A DNA stretch of 61,421 nucleotides from Octopus bimaculoides (lineage: Eukaryota): the NCBI RefSeq assembly GCF_001194135.2, contig NC_068985.1, forward strand, positions 6,122,894-6,184,314, given 5' to 3'. Below the pieces are notes generated by a model. That model ran no database searches, was not told where the DNA came from, and worked only from the letters and a program-made list of their open reading frames with translations. Position 1 is the stretch's first letter; each line of letters opens with the position of its first letter. This document shows, in pieces, positions 39,230-51,591 of this stretch. The position numbers were made by a program, and so were the translations under genes.

Positions 39230-39640
39230 TTAAAAGTTTTTATAAACTTTGTCGTCTCTCTAGGTATTTCTTGGTTCTATCACCATCCAAAGAAGAAAAC
39301 ACTACGTACAAAAAACAACGTCTTGGTAATTGGGATGAAGACCGGATTTTGTATTTAGGTATTGTCAGGCCAAGTGCGGGAGCATGCGCCATTGCAGCGC
39401 TGTGCTGCATTCACCATTTGATGGTATATTCCCCCGTCCTCCTGAGCAATACATCCAGCAGAGCCCCAATCAAACCACGTCTCCACGAGATACCTCCACA
39501 TCTGCCAGAACCGTATCCAACGAAAGATTCTATTCAGAAATTGGGATGCGTCCTGTCAATCGTGTATTTAAGGAGCGCCATCACAGATATTTGGCCATGT
39601 TGCCCGGTTTTCTGGTTTATACCCTGCTTACCGTGTTTTA
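39230..39640 (+). mobile_element. Possible decayed RTE-like RT C-terminal fragment
   Basis: DRILYLGIVRP...YSPVLL and, in another frame, TVSNERFYSEIGMRPVNRVFKERHHRYL, resembling the RTE thumb motif +SNE.LY...P+S..I..RR.R. Confidence 0.4.
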
Positions 39641-39984
39641 TTCATTGAGAATCAGTTTGGGTTGGTGACTCGTGTTGCTCAATCACATACTACATGATCA
39701 CAGCAGATTAGTCATGTAGGAGCTGGTATTTTTTCTATATTTTTGTATTTAGTGACCTGAATTTCAGAACAACTGAGTCTCAACTTAAGAATTTTGCCTG
39801 CGTACTTTTATGTTTTTTTTTTATATTTTGAACATTCTGATAAGCATTGTAACATTTACAACTATCATCTGCAGCACAAAACATGATCTGGCTCTCCATC
39901 ATTTTATTGAGTTGTATTACATTGTTATTTATCCTTGTAGAGAATTCAGTCTAGACTCAGTGAACGTATTTTCAATCGTGATAG

Positions 39985-40372
39985 AACCGTTAGCATGCCG
40001 GAGAATACGCTTAGCGCCATTCCGTCCGTCTGTACGCTCTAATTTCAAATTCCATCGAAGTGATTTCTTTATGGTTCTATGAAATATATACCAGTCGAGC
40101 ACTGGGGGTCAATGTAATTGACTGTCCCCGTCTTAGGTCTTGTGCCTATAGTAGAAAAGATTATGTCTCCAAGAACGAATATGACAAGTATTAATACACT
40201 AAAACGGGAGGGCAGGAGTGGCTGTGTGGTAAGAAGCTTACCTCCCACAGCATATAGTTCTGGATTCATTCCCACTGCATAGCACCTTGCGTAAGTGTCT
40301 TCTACTATAGCCACGGGCCGTCCAATATCTTGTGAGTGGATTTGGTAGACGAAAACTGTGAGAATCACGTCG

Positions 40373-40420
<48 letters not shown>

Positions 40421-40440
40421 NNNNNNNNNNNNNNNNNNNN

Positions 40441-40490
<50 letters not shown>

Positions 40491-40663
40491 ATCGCTTGGC
40501 AACCAATTCTGGTGCGTTTGCGTCACCGTAACTTAGCGATTCGGCAGAATAAGTACTAGGTTTACAAAGAATAAGTCCTGGGGTCGATTTGTTCGACTAA
40601 AGGCAGTGTTCCAGCATTGCCACAGTCAAGTGACTGTAAAAAAAATAAAAGAGTAAAAGAGTA
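39985..40663 (+). mobile_element. SINE A (39985-40160) and SINE B (40209-40663)
   Basis: Family motifs; B contains (TA)n-gap-(TG)n internally. Confidence 0.85.
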
Positions 40664-40696
40664 ACAAAGTATTGTTGGATATTGTACTTTTAAGAA

Positions 40697-41055
40697 GGCG
40701 GCGAACTGGCAGAAACGTTAGGACACCGTGCGAAATGGTTAGCAGTATTTCGTCTGCCGCTACGTTCTGAGTTCATATTCCGCCGATGTCGACTTTACCT
40801 TTCAACCTTTCGGGGTCAATAAATTAAGTAACAGTTACGCACTGGGGTCGATCTAATCGACTTAATTCCTTTGTCTCTCCTTGTTTTTCCCTTCTATGTT
40901 TTTTAGCCCCTGGTGGGCAATAAAGAAATTAGAAACGTTTGCACGCCGGGCGAAATTCTTACCGGTATTTCGTGTCCTCACGTTCTAGGTTCAAATTCCA
41001 CCACAGTCGACTTTGCCTTTCTTTCTTTCGGGATCGATAAATTAAGTACCTGTTG
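40697..41055 (+). mobile_element. Two tandem SINE A copies (full length + truncated)
   Basis: Copies at 40697-40930 and 40931-41055. Confidence 0.88.
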
Positions 41056-41529
41056 AAATATTGTACTTGTGAGTGAAACTGTCGATGGACGAGCATACAA
41101 AAACAACCATATATATGACTTTTCCGCATTTGAGGGAAATTTATCTGCTATTGCCTGCAGCTTAACAAACATAGCAAAGAAACTACTTCACCACTACAAC
41201 TGTATTCGTTATATTCTTTCGTAGAGATTGCTACGCTGTTTCAAAAGATTCTGACGTGAGATTCCTGTCTAATTGAAATAGTTTCATTTGGAGACATTTT
41301 CGTGGCAGTAGTTTCAGAGTAGTAAGTGCGTTTAGTGTGATGACATTTTTGCATAAAAATGACAAAATTTCTCATGGAATTGTACGTTGTGTGAGAATCG
41401 TTTTGAGAGAAGCGAAAATAATAACTAAGTGAATATTCAACTTTCAGCACTTACAGAGAAATTGTATTAAATAATTTAATTATGCAGTCTGTAAAGCATG
41501 CATATAATAGTACATATACATATATATAC

Positions 41530-41577
<48 letters not shown>

Positions 41578-42190
41578 TTAACTATCTNNNNNNNNNNNNN
41601 NNNNNNNNNNNNNNNNNNNNNNNNNNNNNNNNNNNNNNNNNNNNNNNNNNNNNNNNNNNNNNNNNNNNNNNNNNNNNNNNNNNNNNNNNNNNNNNNNNNN
41701 NNNNNNNNNNNNNNNNNNNNNNNNNNNNNNNNNNNNNNNNNNNNNNNNNNNNNNNNNNNNNNNNNNNNNNNNNNNNNNNNNNNNNNNNNNNNNNNNNNNN
41801 NNNNNNNNNNNNNNNNNNNNNNNNNNNNNNNNNNNNNNNNNNNNNNNNNNNNNNNNNNNNNNNNNNNNNNNNNNNNNNNNNNNNNNNNNNNNNNNNNNNN
41901 NNNNNNNNNNNNNNNNNNNNNNNNNNNNNNNNNNNNNNNNNNNNNNNNNNNNNNNNNNNNNNNNNNNNNNNNNNNNNNNNNNNNNNNNNNNNNNNNNNNN
42001 NNNNNNNNNNNNNNNNNNNNNNNNNNNNNNNNNNNNNNNNNNNNNNNNNNNNNNNNNNNNNNAAAAAAAAAAAAAAATTAACACCAAATATACAGTGCGT
42101 GTGTTTTTATTGGCTAAACTGGCAATATGACCATCCCCAAGTACAACAACATCTGTTTCAACACACGATTTCACATAAAAAATCTTGCAA

Positions 42191-42237
<47 letters not shown>

Positions 42238-42338
42238 TTAACTATCTATCTATGTATCTATCAATCTATCTATTTATCTAAATGTGTATATATATATATA
42301 TAAATGTATGTGTATACATATGTATACATGTGTGTATG

Positions 42339-42385
<47 letters not shown>

Positions 42386-43260
42386 GTATGTATGTAGGTA
42401 TGTATATATATGTGTGTGTATGTGTGTGTTTATAGAGACTTGTGTAGGCTTTAAATATGTACATGTATGCATTTATGCATAAGCATGGGCACAAATGCCA
42501 TCCTGTGTATACGTTGATGGTGTGAATGAGAAATGTTGATAAACACAAGTCGTCGGCTGCAACGTACTTTTGTTGCCCCGTCACCGTCTTCGAGGAGAAC
42601 TATAAAGGCAAATGGCGGGAAATAATGTGACAGTCGGAAAGGTTGGATGTAGATGAGAGAACTGGAATGAATTATGTATGAAGCTGCAGTAAGTTGCTTC
42701 GCAATGGCTGGTAGAACAGTTATTTTGATCGAAATGAAACTCGAAATATTTCTCGTAAATTTCGCTCGCAGCTCATTTCTTGTAGTTTCATCGTTAATAG
42801 CAAAATGCAAAAGAAGAAAATTCCATAAAATACCCCACTTGTTGATTTTATATTCTAGGAGTTCACGTACAGACATAAGCGATCCCAATACACAGTTAAA
42901 CTCACACGCTCAAACATGCACAGGCACATACACTCTCTTGCACACAAACACACATTCACACATTCACACATAATGTTAGAAAAGTTATGTAAGTTGTATT
43001 TTCTTTGAATTCTCGATACGAATGCTGACAAGACATTGTTAACAAGTTTGTGGTGTTGAAACAAACGAGGGAATGAGTATCATGAATTAACATTAAAACT
43101 CTTTTCCAGTAACAGTTTCGTAACAGATGCTGCAGGGAGCTTTCATGTAATTGAAAAGAAGCAGTGAACAGCAATCAACCAATGTGTGATAAAATGTATT
43201 CGTGGTCGTTTTAGATAAAATACTTTCAAATAAATGTAAAGGTGTATTAGAATATTCATT

Positions 43261-44082
43261 GTAAAATCTCGCAAAGAGACCAGAGTAGTAACTATATTAA
43301 ACAGTAAAGTCAGTCGCTACATCAAAGTGGCTGTTAGGTATTACTACTAGTTTAACCCCAGGCATGTTCTCCGCCAGCTGGTTATCGGTGCGACTCTGCA
43401 CCCTTTATATGCAATATATTGAAGGCGCATGGCTCAGTGGTTAGAGAATCGAGCTTATGATCATGAAGTTGTGAGTTCGATTCCCGGACCGGGCTGCGTG
43501 TTGTGTTCTTCAGCAAGACACTTTATTTCAAGTTGCTCCATTTCACTCAGCTGTAGAAATAAGTTGCGACATCACAGGTGCGAAGCTGTATCGGCCCCTT
43601 TGCCTTTCCCTTTGATAACATCAGTGGTGTGGAGAGGGGAGGCCGGTATGCATGGGTGACTATTGGCCTTCCACAAACAACTGCCGGTCGTGTGCCTCAG
43701 AGGGTAACTTTCTAGGTGCAATACCATGGTCATTCATGACGAAAGGGAATCTCCTCCTCATTGCTAGCTGGGGAGCGAACCCCTACCACCCTCTAGCAGG
43801 TATCAGGATCACGAGAGTGACTTAGTTTCGAACTATTTGGGTCATCCTCAGTCGCGAGCGATAGTCAGAATACGCCAACCTCAGTACGCCAGAGCGATAG
43901 TCACTGATTTGCAACAAGCAGAATAGCTAACTGTAAAATCTCACGATGAGGCCAGAGTAGTAACTATACTAAACAGTAAAGCCTGTAAACACATCAAAGT
44001 GGCTGTTAAATAGCGGAGAATCTGATTGAGGTTAAACTAGTAGTAACATTCAACAGCCACTTTGATGTAGCAATTGTCTTTA

Positions 44083-44083
<1 letters not shown>
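43261..44083. mobile_element. Non-autonomous element with direct and inverted subterminal repeats, hosting a SINE
   Basis: 76-bp direct repeat 43261-43336 / 43933-44008; inverted repeat 43304-43358 / 44030-44083; followed by (TA)n. Confidence 0.55.
43424..43752 (+). mobile_element. tRNA-derived SINE, third family
   Basis: A box TGGCTCAGTGG (43430-43440), B box GAGTTCGATTCC (43473-43484), then GTGTTCTTCAGCAAGACACTT (V/CORE-like) and a unique tail. Confidence 0.85.
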
Positions 44084-44152
<69 letters not shown>

Positions 44153-44849
44153 CTTGTGAGATTTTTTAGGCAAATATGCATTGCTAAAAGCACTGTAATT
44201 AACACATAAAGCGCGACGGTCCACGATCATGGCCGTCAGACACGGGTCGAAACGTCACATTCGTGGCCCAGATAGATGCATTTAGTTAATGGGAGTTTGT
44301 TGGGGTGTAATGTCACTCAAACGCTCCGATACCCCACAGAATGGAAGCTGATTAATAGTTCAACTAATGACTTTTCAGATGATGTAAAACTTGCCACCAT
44401 TATATACTAAGAAGATATTTTAACTATTTTTTGTTTTCTTTTGTTTGCATTGTAGTCTCATTTTCATAAAACGTGCTCAGCAGTTTATTCTATGTAGGTG
44501 CAAATCCCAGCGCTTTACGGGTTAAATCTCAAATGCGATGTTGTGGACACACCATTCACGTGAATATTGGTAGAATACTATGAAATGGTACGTTTGTAAT
44601 TACACGACGCAATGTAGTCCGGCTACTTGAACGGTATAAAGTCGAATTCAAACAATAATTTGAAATGACTGGATATTAGAAAAAAAAAAAAAAAGAATCC
44701 TGCAGACTGCAGGTGAGTATGGTTTCTCCTGTTTAAAATTTTCTAAGTTAATCAAGAGCATTTGCGAGAAATTAGGAAAATAAACCAACGCAACAACAAT
44801 CCTCCGTACACCACCATGGTCCACACTGTTGTCTCTCAGCTAGATTATG

Positions 44850-45359
44850 TGCTGTTTTAACAAGCTATGCTCACATCCATATTGCCTTTGGTGATCTGAA
44901 GACTCATATGAGGGTTCTAAGTATTGGTGAATAGCAGTGTCGGTGATATTTTTGTTTGATCTTCTTGCTGAAAAATACGTCGACGGGAGACCGAAACAGG
45001 TGTAAGATTCTGTCCCTTCTTCGGTTGCTAGATGTCCTATTAAATTTGAAATCTTATTGCTATATATATATATATATGATCATGGACACCAACCACCTCT
45101 TACAACTTGTGTCATATATCAAAACCTTTGTAAGACAATATCTAGACTTAAGAGACATATGCTAGTTCACAAAGAGATTCCAAAGGGCAAAGACACAGTA
45201 GGAACTTGAATAGTATCTATCACTTGTGTTTTAAACCCTGTCAATCAGCAGCTGGTCTTAAAAGTCATCTAAGGGCTCATCAACGGAGTGAATGTACTGT
45301 GTGATGTGGTGTGGTGTGTGTGTTGATGGGACGGCTATCATCTGTCGAGATAAAGCAAT

Positions 45360-45365
<6 letters not shown>
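44850..45365 (+). mobile_element. Decayed LINE (RTE-like) 3' end with C2H2-like fingers
   Basis: TCVIYQNLCKTISRLKRHMLVH (from 45102); YHLCFKPCQSAAGLKSHLRAH (from 45218); frameshifted ...GDLKTHMRVL (~44900). No TGEKP linkers. Ends in an ATC-repeat-like tail. Confidence 0.5.
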
Positions 45366-45402
<37 letters not shown>

Positions 45403-45603
45403 CATGTTATAACCGTTTAACTCCGGTCATTTTTCTCTCCTTTTCTTTTTACCTCATCTATACATTCTGTAGAAAGGCGTAGATTCGAAACGTTAAAAAT
45501 ATCTTCCATTTTCCGTAAGTGACTGCTTACTACACCCTAATTGTTCTTCTATCCCATCATCTCTGTATGAACGTTATTCTTAACCCTTACATTCCCTCTC
45601 CCT

Positions 45604-45661
<58 letters not shown>

Positions 45662-46015
45662 TTGCATCGGTATTATAGTAAGTTTGCGATTGCAACGGTT
45701 ACTAATCGATACCGTAGAAACAGGTTTACGGCTATTTCAGGAGGACTTCTTCTTCTCCTTCTTCTTCTTCTTCTTCTTCTTCTTCTTCTTCTTCTTCTTC
45801 TTCTTCTTCTTCTTCNNNNNNNNNNNNNNNNNNNNNNNNNNNNNNNNNNNNNNNNNNNNNNNNNNNNNNNNNNNNNNNNNNNNNNNNNNNNNNNNNNNNN
45901 NNNNNNNNNNNNNNNNNNNNNNNNNNNNNNNNNNNNNNNNNNNNNNNNNNNNNNNNNNNNNNNNNNNNNNNNNNNNNNNNNNNNNNNNNNNNNNNNNNNN
46001 NNNNNNNNNNNNNNN

Positions 46016-46046
<31 letters not shown>

Positions 46047-46734
46047 ATATGTATGTATGTATGTATATATAAGGTGTGCGTGTCCATGTAAATATTTAAT
46101 GAATAAACATAGAATAATGATCCACAGCATTTAGGATCTCAATTATGAACATCCCGTTAAACACCAAAATATTTTTCCATTGTAGTAAATCAGAGTGGTG
46201 GCTGTCATGCATGCATACGCATAATCGGACATAATGAGCTTTAAATGTAATATATTCTGAATAAAAGCAAAACTGCATATATTTCATATATAGTTTATGC
46301 ATTTATGTTAAAAAATATGCTACCTTTATTAGATACAAGAATGTTAAGGCTATAGCTGCATAATCGTGATGCAAAAATGATTAAATTATATTAAATTACA
46401 GTCTTGCTCTTCGCACCCAAATCATTAAAATTATCTGGAACATAAAGTGGCAGGTGAATCAAAAGCGTGATAAGTTTAAATACAATCGAGGCAGTGAGAA
46501 ACACTGAGAAGGAACCGAAACAAAAGCATGAGCCATAATACATAGTCACCACACCGCACACAAATACGCTCGCACACACACACACACACACGCACACACG
46601 CACTCACACTAACACACACACACACACACACGCACGCACATATTAATAATAATAATATGACAACAAAAGAATGAACTAGACCTCGATATTATGTAAATAC
46701 AGGAATTTATCTATGACTATAATATGTGACAATT

Positions 46735-46927
46735 TGTTGGTTGTCATAATAAAAGTCAGAGTTTCGGATGTCGGGGTTGAAGTCTGCTCCGGCATCTCAT
46801 CAGTTATTAAGACAGACAAAAACGGTATGTTTTTCTGTTTGTCTTAATAACTGATAAGATGCCGGATACAGATTTGAGTTGAGCCCCGACATCCGAAATT
46901 CTGCCTTTTATTACGACAACAAACAAA
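46735..46927. mobile_element. Fold-back element with a hammerhead core in each arm
   Basis: Arms ~46735-46823 and ~46829-46927 around the loop GGTAT. Minus-strand HHR at 46809-46747 (CTGATGA...GAAA, stem I TAATAA/TTATTA); plus-strand copy at 46845-46913 (CTGATAA). Confidence 0.7.
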
Positions 46928-47606
46928 CTGTCACATATTATATATATATATACATACATAAAGGGAGGGACAGAGAGAGAGAGGAAGAGAGAGAGGGAGA
47001 ATAAATGAGAACTAGGTTCGCTCAATATAGAAAAGGCACCTGAATCACTGAAGCTTCTTCATCCAGCCTTGCCTGGAGCATTAAGAGAAATCCAAATCGT
47101 GGATGATGTAGATGCAGTAATGGAGATAAAAGCGAAAGTAAACCTTAGTGGAAAGATGGAAAAACATTCATACACGCGCATGGATGCACACACACACACA
47201 CACACAAACGCGCACACGCACACGTATACACATCGTCCCTTTCTCTTTCCCATTCTCAATCACATGAGCATACAGCTACAGCTACTTAGACGTAGGTATG
47301 CATTAGAATATAGTCTGAAGCAGATCTGGAGAAGAACGAGCATCACATTGATCAACGCACGAATGGCAACGAAATTACTTTGATAAGATTTTTAAAGGGA
47401 ATGGTTGAGCAACTCAGTGACTAGTTAATTAGTTGAATAACAAACAGAATAATGATAGATACTTCAAATTGATCCAGTGCGTGTATTTTTTATTGACATG
47501 ATGACCCTCCCAAAACACAAGAATATTTGCTTCAGTACACGAGTTCCCATCAAGGACCTTGGAAACCAAATACAAATACGATATATATATATAGATAGAT
47601 AGATAT

Positions 47607-47786
47607 ATTTTAAAAAATAACGTCGACCACTAACGTGGACAATTAATGCGCTAGAAATAGATCACATCTTGTGTCTATTAAGACCTAAATTGTTCTCAAC
47701 ATAAAATATAGCAGCTGCTGGCCTCCTGATAATTAATCGATATTAATTAATATATGACTAATTACCAGATTTTATAATAACATTAT

Positions 47787-47833
<47 letters not shown>

Positions 47834-48298
47834 CACACACATATATGTGTGTGCGTATGTATGTNNNNNNNNNNNNNNNNNNNNNNNNNNNNNNNNNNNN
47901 NNNNNNNNNNNNNNNNNNNNNNNNNNNNNNNNNNNNNNNNNNNNNNNNNNNNNNNNNNNNNNNNNNNNNNNNNNNNNNNNNNNNNNNNNNNNNNNNNNNN
48001 NNNNNNNNNNNNNNNNNNNNNNNNNNNNNNNNNNNNNNNNNNNNNNNNNNNNNNNNNNNNNNNNNNNNNNNNNNNNNNNNNNNNNNNNNNNNNNNNNNNN
48101 NNNNNNNNNNNNNNNNNNNNNNNNNNNNNNNNNNNNNNNNNNNNNNNNNNNNTGATTTTAAATGTCTTGCCCGCTCACGTTTTTGGTATGCTGCTATATT
48201 TCATGTTGAGAACAATTTAGGTCTTAATAGACACAAGATGTGATCTATTTCTAGCGCATTAATTGTCCACGTTAGTGGTCGACGTTATTTTTAAAAAT
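47607..48298. mobile_element. Long inverted repeat (~108 bp) spanning an assembly gap
   Basis: 47607-47715 is the near-perfect reverse complement of 48190-48298; the same family occurs at 13590-13715. Confidence 0.6.
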
Positions 48299-48428
48299 GT
48301 ACCTTAATCCCCTGAGATTGCAGATAATATTTCTGAATCTCTTTGATTCTTTAGATGTGCTGGCCTCCTGATAATTAATCGATATTAATTAATATATGAC
48401 TAATTACCAGATTTTATAATAACATTAT

Positions 48429-48475
<47 letters not shown>

Positions 48476-49943
48476 CACACACATATATGTGTGTGCGTAT
48501 GTATGTATGTATATATATGTATGTAAACAAAATACAAATATATTTTACGAAATGCTATTTATGAAATGTAAGTGAAAAGACACGCACAGAGAAAAATGTT
48601 TCCGGTGTTATATTTTTCACATCGCAAGAAGATTGCAAAAGAAATACATTCAGTTTGTTAAGAACAAAAGCCATTATTAGGAATATAAATGAAGACAATC
48701 GAGGAAAGCGAGCTGTTTTGGATTTAATTCCAACGAATTTTGTAGTTTAACTAAAAATGCTCTTTCGAACAAAGTGAAACGGACGAGAACATTCAAGAAA
48801 TTTGAAAAGAAATATCAGGTTTGAATTGAAATATTTACAATGATATGCAGAGATCCACAGTGAAAAACATTTTAAATATACACTGAAGCCACATACACAC
48901 AAACACACACATACACACACACATAATACTTATATATTTACATGTGTGCATAAGCGTGGAGAGAGAATAGTTAATTTTCTTTTGGAGCGTAACATCCAAG
49001 GTTTTAATGGGAATACATTGTGCTTATCGGATTACTTATGTATCATATGGCTAATATGAATGTCAATGGTTCGCAAATTTCCAGGAGTTATATGCTCTCA
49101 ACCCGCTGAAAGATCTTCTCCTTTCCAATCACTTACAGAAAATTGCTTTCGTTTCATTTACGTTAATAATGACGGCAAAATGGCGAAACGAACATTACAA
49201 TTTCCCCATCACCCTGAATGTATTTATATTATTTTGTGTTTAGCCTTTCTATCTGACAAGTTTCGAATATGCGATCCATATTTATGCCTCCCCATTCAGT
49301 TATTGATTCTTAAGAACAAATTTGATTGTGGAGATTTGGATATAACACCGATAACTGACTTATGTGTTCTATTTGCAATTTTTCCTCTACGCTTTAAATG
49401 GTTATGGCATATACGTGGTAAACATTATACACTGAGATAATGAGACAGGAAACTATGCGCTTGCAAAAATCTAATAGAAAATACCTGACACATCACATTG
49501 GAAATCCACTCTATCTTCTTACAATAAAACAACAAAAACATACTAAAACACGGCCAGAAGCAGACGCAGATTAACTAGGATACAAGTCTCAGTTATTAGA
49601 CGGGAGAAATGTTTTTATATTATGTAAAATCAATGAGAACTCATATAAACAAAACAACAACAAATAAAAATAATGCCCGCTGATAAATACAAAAGAGAAA
49701 CGCTGCAGACAAATAAAGCAGGTCTTCTAATTCTGATCTCAGTTTTCTATATCGCCTATAGCAATACTTATATAGAAATGCCAGAGCATGAAAAGTATCG
49801 TGGTATATATATATATATATATATATAATGTATATGTATATATAAATATTATAATATTAGGGAATGTAAAATTCAGAATATACAGCAATATTCAATTTAC
49901 TAATACCAAATTGAATTTTATAATAAATAATATATGTATATAA

Positions 49944-50277
49944 ATATAATTCAAAGAAGAACAACCGACATACAATTCACACAATGAAGGAGACCAATCA
50001 CCACCAAGAAAAGCGTACTCTACAAAATTCTAATTTAAAAATCTATAAATTCTAAAAGAGAAGTATAAAATCCATTAAAATCTGTAAAATACTAGACTAA
50101 ACACTTAATTCAACTTAGGAAATTGATAAAATATAAGGTAAAGTGTTGACTACGTGCGTTTCTTTTAGATTTTATAGATTTTTAAATTACTATTTTGTAG
50201 AGTACGTTTTTCTTGGTGGTGATTGGTCTCCTTCAGTTTTTGAATTGTATATTGGTGGTTCTTCTCTAAATTATATA
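49944..50277. repeat. Inverted repeat, ~115-bp arms, ~100-bp spacer
   Basis: 49944-50059 versus 50161-50277 (GAAGGAGACCAATCACCACCAAGAAAA / TTTTCTTGGTGGTGATTGGTCTCCTTC). Confidence 0.85.
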
Positions 50278-50602
50278 TATATATATATAAATATATATAT
50301 ATATCTTTAACTATATTCTGAAACTAACCACCCAGCTAATGCTCACGACGGCCAACGTTGCTGGTTATTCTCCAATTTCATAGTTAGCCTCGACGGACTT
50401 GAGCCACGTCTGTGCTGTATTCTTGGGATATCATTTAGCTTAGAAAATTATGTCTCATCTTATGATTACGGTATTTATTAACAGGTGATGTTAATCGCGG
50501 TACCACTCCACGACAACTTAGAAATAGAATCGTGAGAGGAATTTCTTAAGTGCGTGCGTCAGTGCATTCGCGCTCGCATGTGAACACACACACACACACA
50601 CA

Positions 50603-50633
<31 letters not shown>

Positions 50634-50877
50634 CCATGTAAGTGCGTATGTAGGGGTTTATATGTCTGTGTTTGTATTCAAAGAGTGTCATCTGTATTCT
50701 TACAACTAAGCACAGATATGGCTTCACTCTCAAACAAAACCCTACATCCCACTACATATGTATGTCTTTAAACTTTACTTTTAAATATAAAGGGAAATAA
50801 ATTATTAATTTCGTTGTTTATAATATTTCTTAACGATAATGTGGTCATTCTTATGTTTTCTTGTGCCTATTTACATT

Positions 50878-50985
50878 GCGAGTTCGAATGCTGCCGAGGC
50901 CGACTTTGCCTTTCATCCTTTTAGGGACGATAAAACAGTACCATTTGAGCCCTGGAATTGATATAATCGAGTTTATTCTCCCCTC
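50878..50985 (+). mobile_element. SINE A fragment
   Basis: GAGGCCGACTTTGCCTTTCATCCTTT motif. Confidence 0.75.
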
Positions 50986-51191
50986 AAAACAGATGTGCAC
51001 GAGTCTCACTTGGGAAGAATTCTAGCGATTTCAAGTACATCACCCATTTTTATGTCATTATATATATATATATATGTATATATATGGTGGTCTCGTGGGT
51101 AGAGACATAATTAGACAGTCACATTGAACATCCTGGGCAGGGTTCAATCCTACCCAGGGCCTGCATTTAGGAGTCTTACTAAAATTTTATA

Positions 51192-51362
51192 GGCGTAGGA
51201 GTGGCTGTGTGGTAAGTAGCTAGCTTACCAACCACATTGTCCCAGGTACAGTCCCACTGCGCGGCATCTTGGGCAAGTGTCTTCTACCATAGCCTCGGGC
51301 CGACCAAAGCCTTGTGAGTGGATTTGGTAGACGGAAACTGAAAGAGGCCCGTCGTATATATG

Positions 51363-51393
<31 letters not shown>

Positions 51394-51591
51394 ATGTTTG
51401 TATGTGTGTGTTTGTCCCCCCAACATCGCTTGACAACCGATGCTGGTGTGTTTATGTCCCCGTAACTTAGCGGTTCGGCTAAAGAGACGATGGAATAAGT
51501 ACTAGGCTTCTAAAAAATAAGTCCTGGGGTCGATTTGCTCGACTAAAAGGCGGTGCTCCAGCATGGCCACAGTCAAAAAGACTGAAACAAG
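51192..51591 (+). mobile_element. SINE B, best-preserved copy in the window
   Basis: GGCGTAGGAGTGGCTGTGTGGTAAG head, CORE-like segment, internal (TA)/(TG) microsatellite, tail GGCGGTGCTCCAGCATGGCCACAGTC. Confidence 0.92.

Noticed and set aside
43424-43500. tRNA gene candidate
   Set aside because: A and B boxes are present, but no convincing cloverleaf or terminator; it continues into a SINE body.
44215-44262. Hammerhead-like GGCC…GGTC-GAAACGTC
   Set aside because: The upstream core deviates from CUGANGA at three positions and there is no stem I.
44700-44720. Micro-exon-like CAG…CAG|GTGAGT
   Set aside because: An isolated splice-like motif with no neighbouring exons to support a gene.
44967-45005. 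CTGAAAA…GACC-GAAACAGGT hammerhead-like string
   Set aside because: G8 is missing and stems are weak; compatible with chance in AT-rich DNA.
47040-47170. Coding-looking peptide KAPESLKLLHPALPGALREIQIVDDVDAVMEIKAK
   Set aside because: Short, no identifiable family, and it runs into (CA)n.
49060-49440. 126-aa non-repetitive ORF
   Set aside because: No recognisable motif, splice context or compositional signature.
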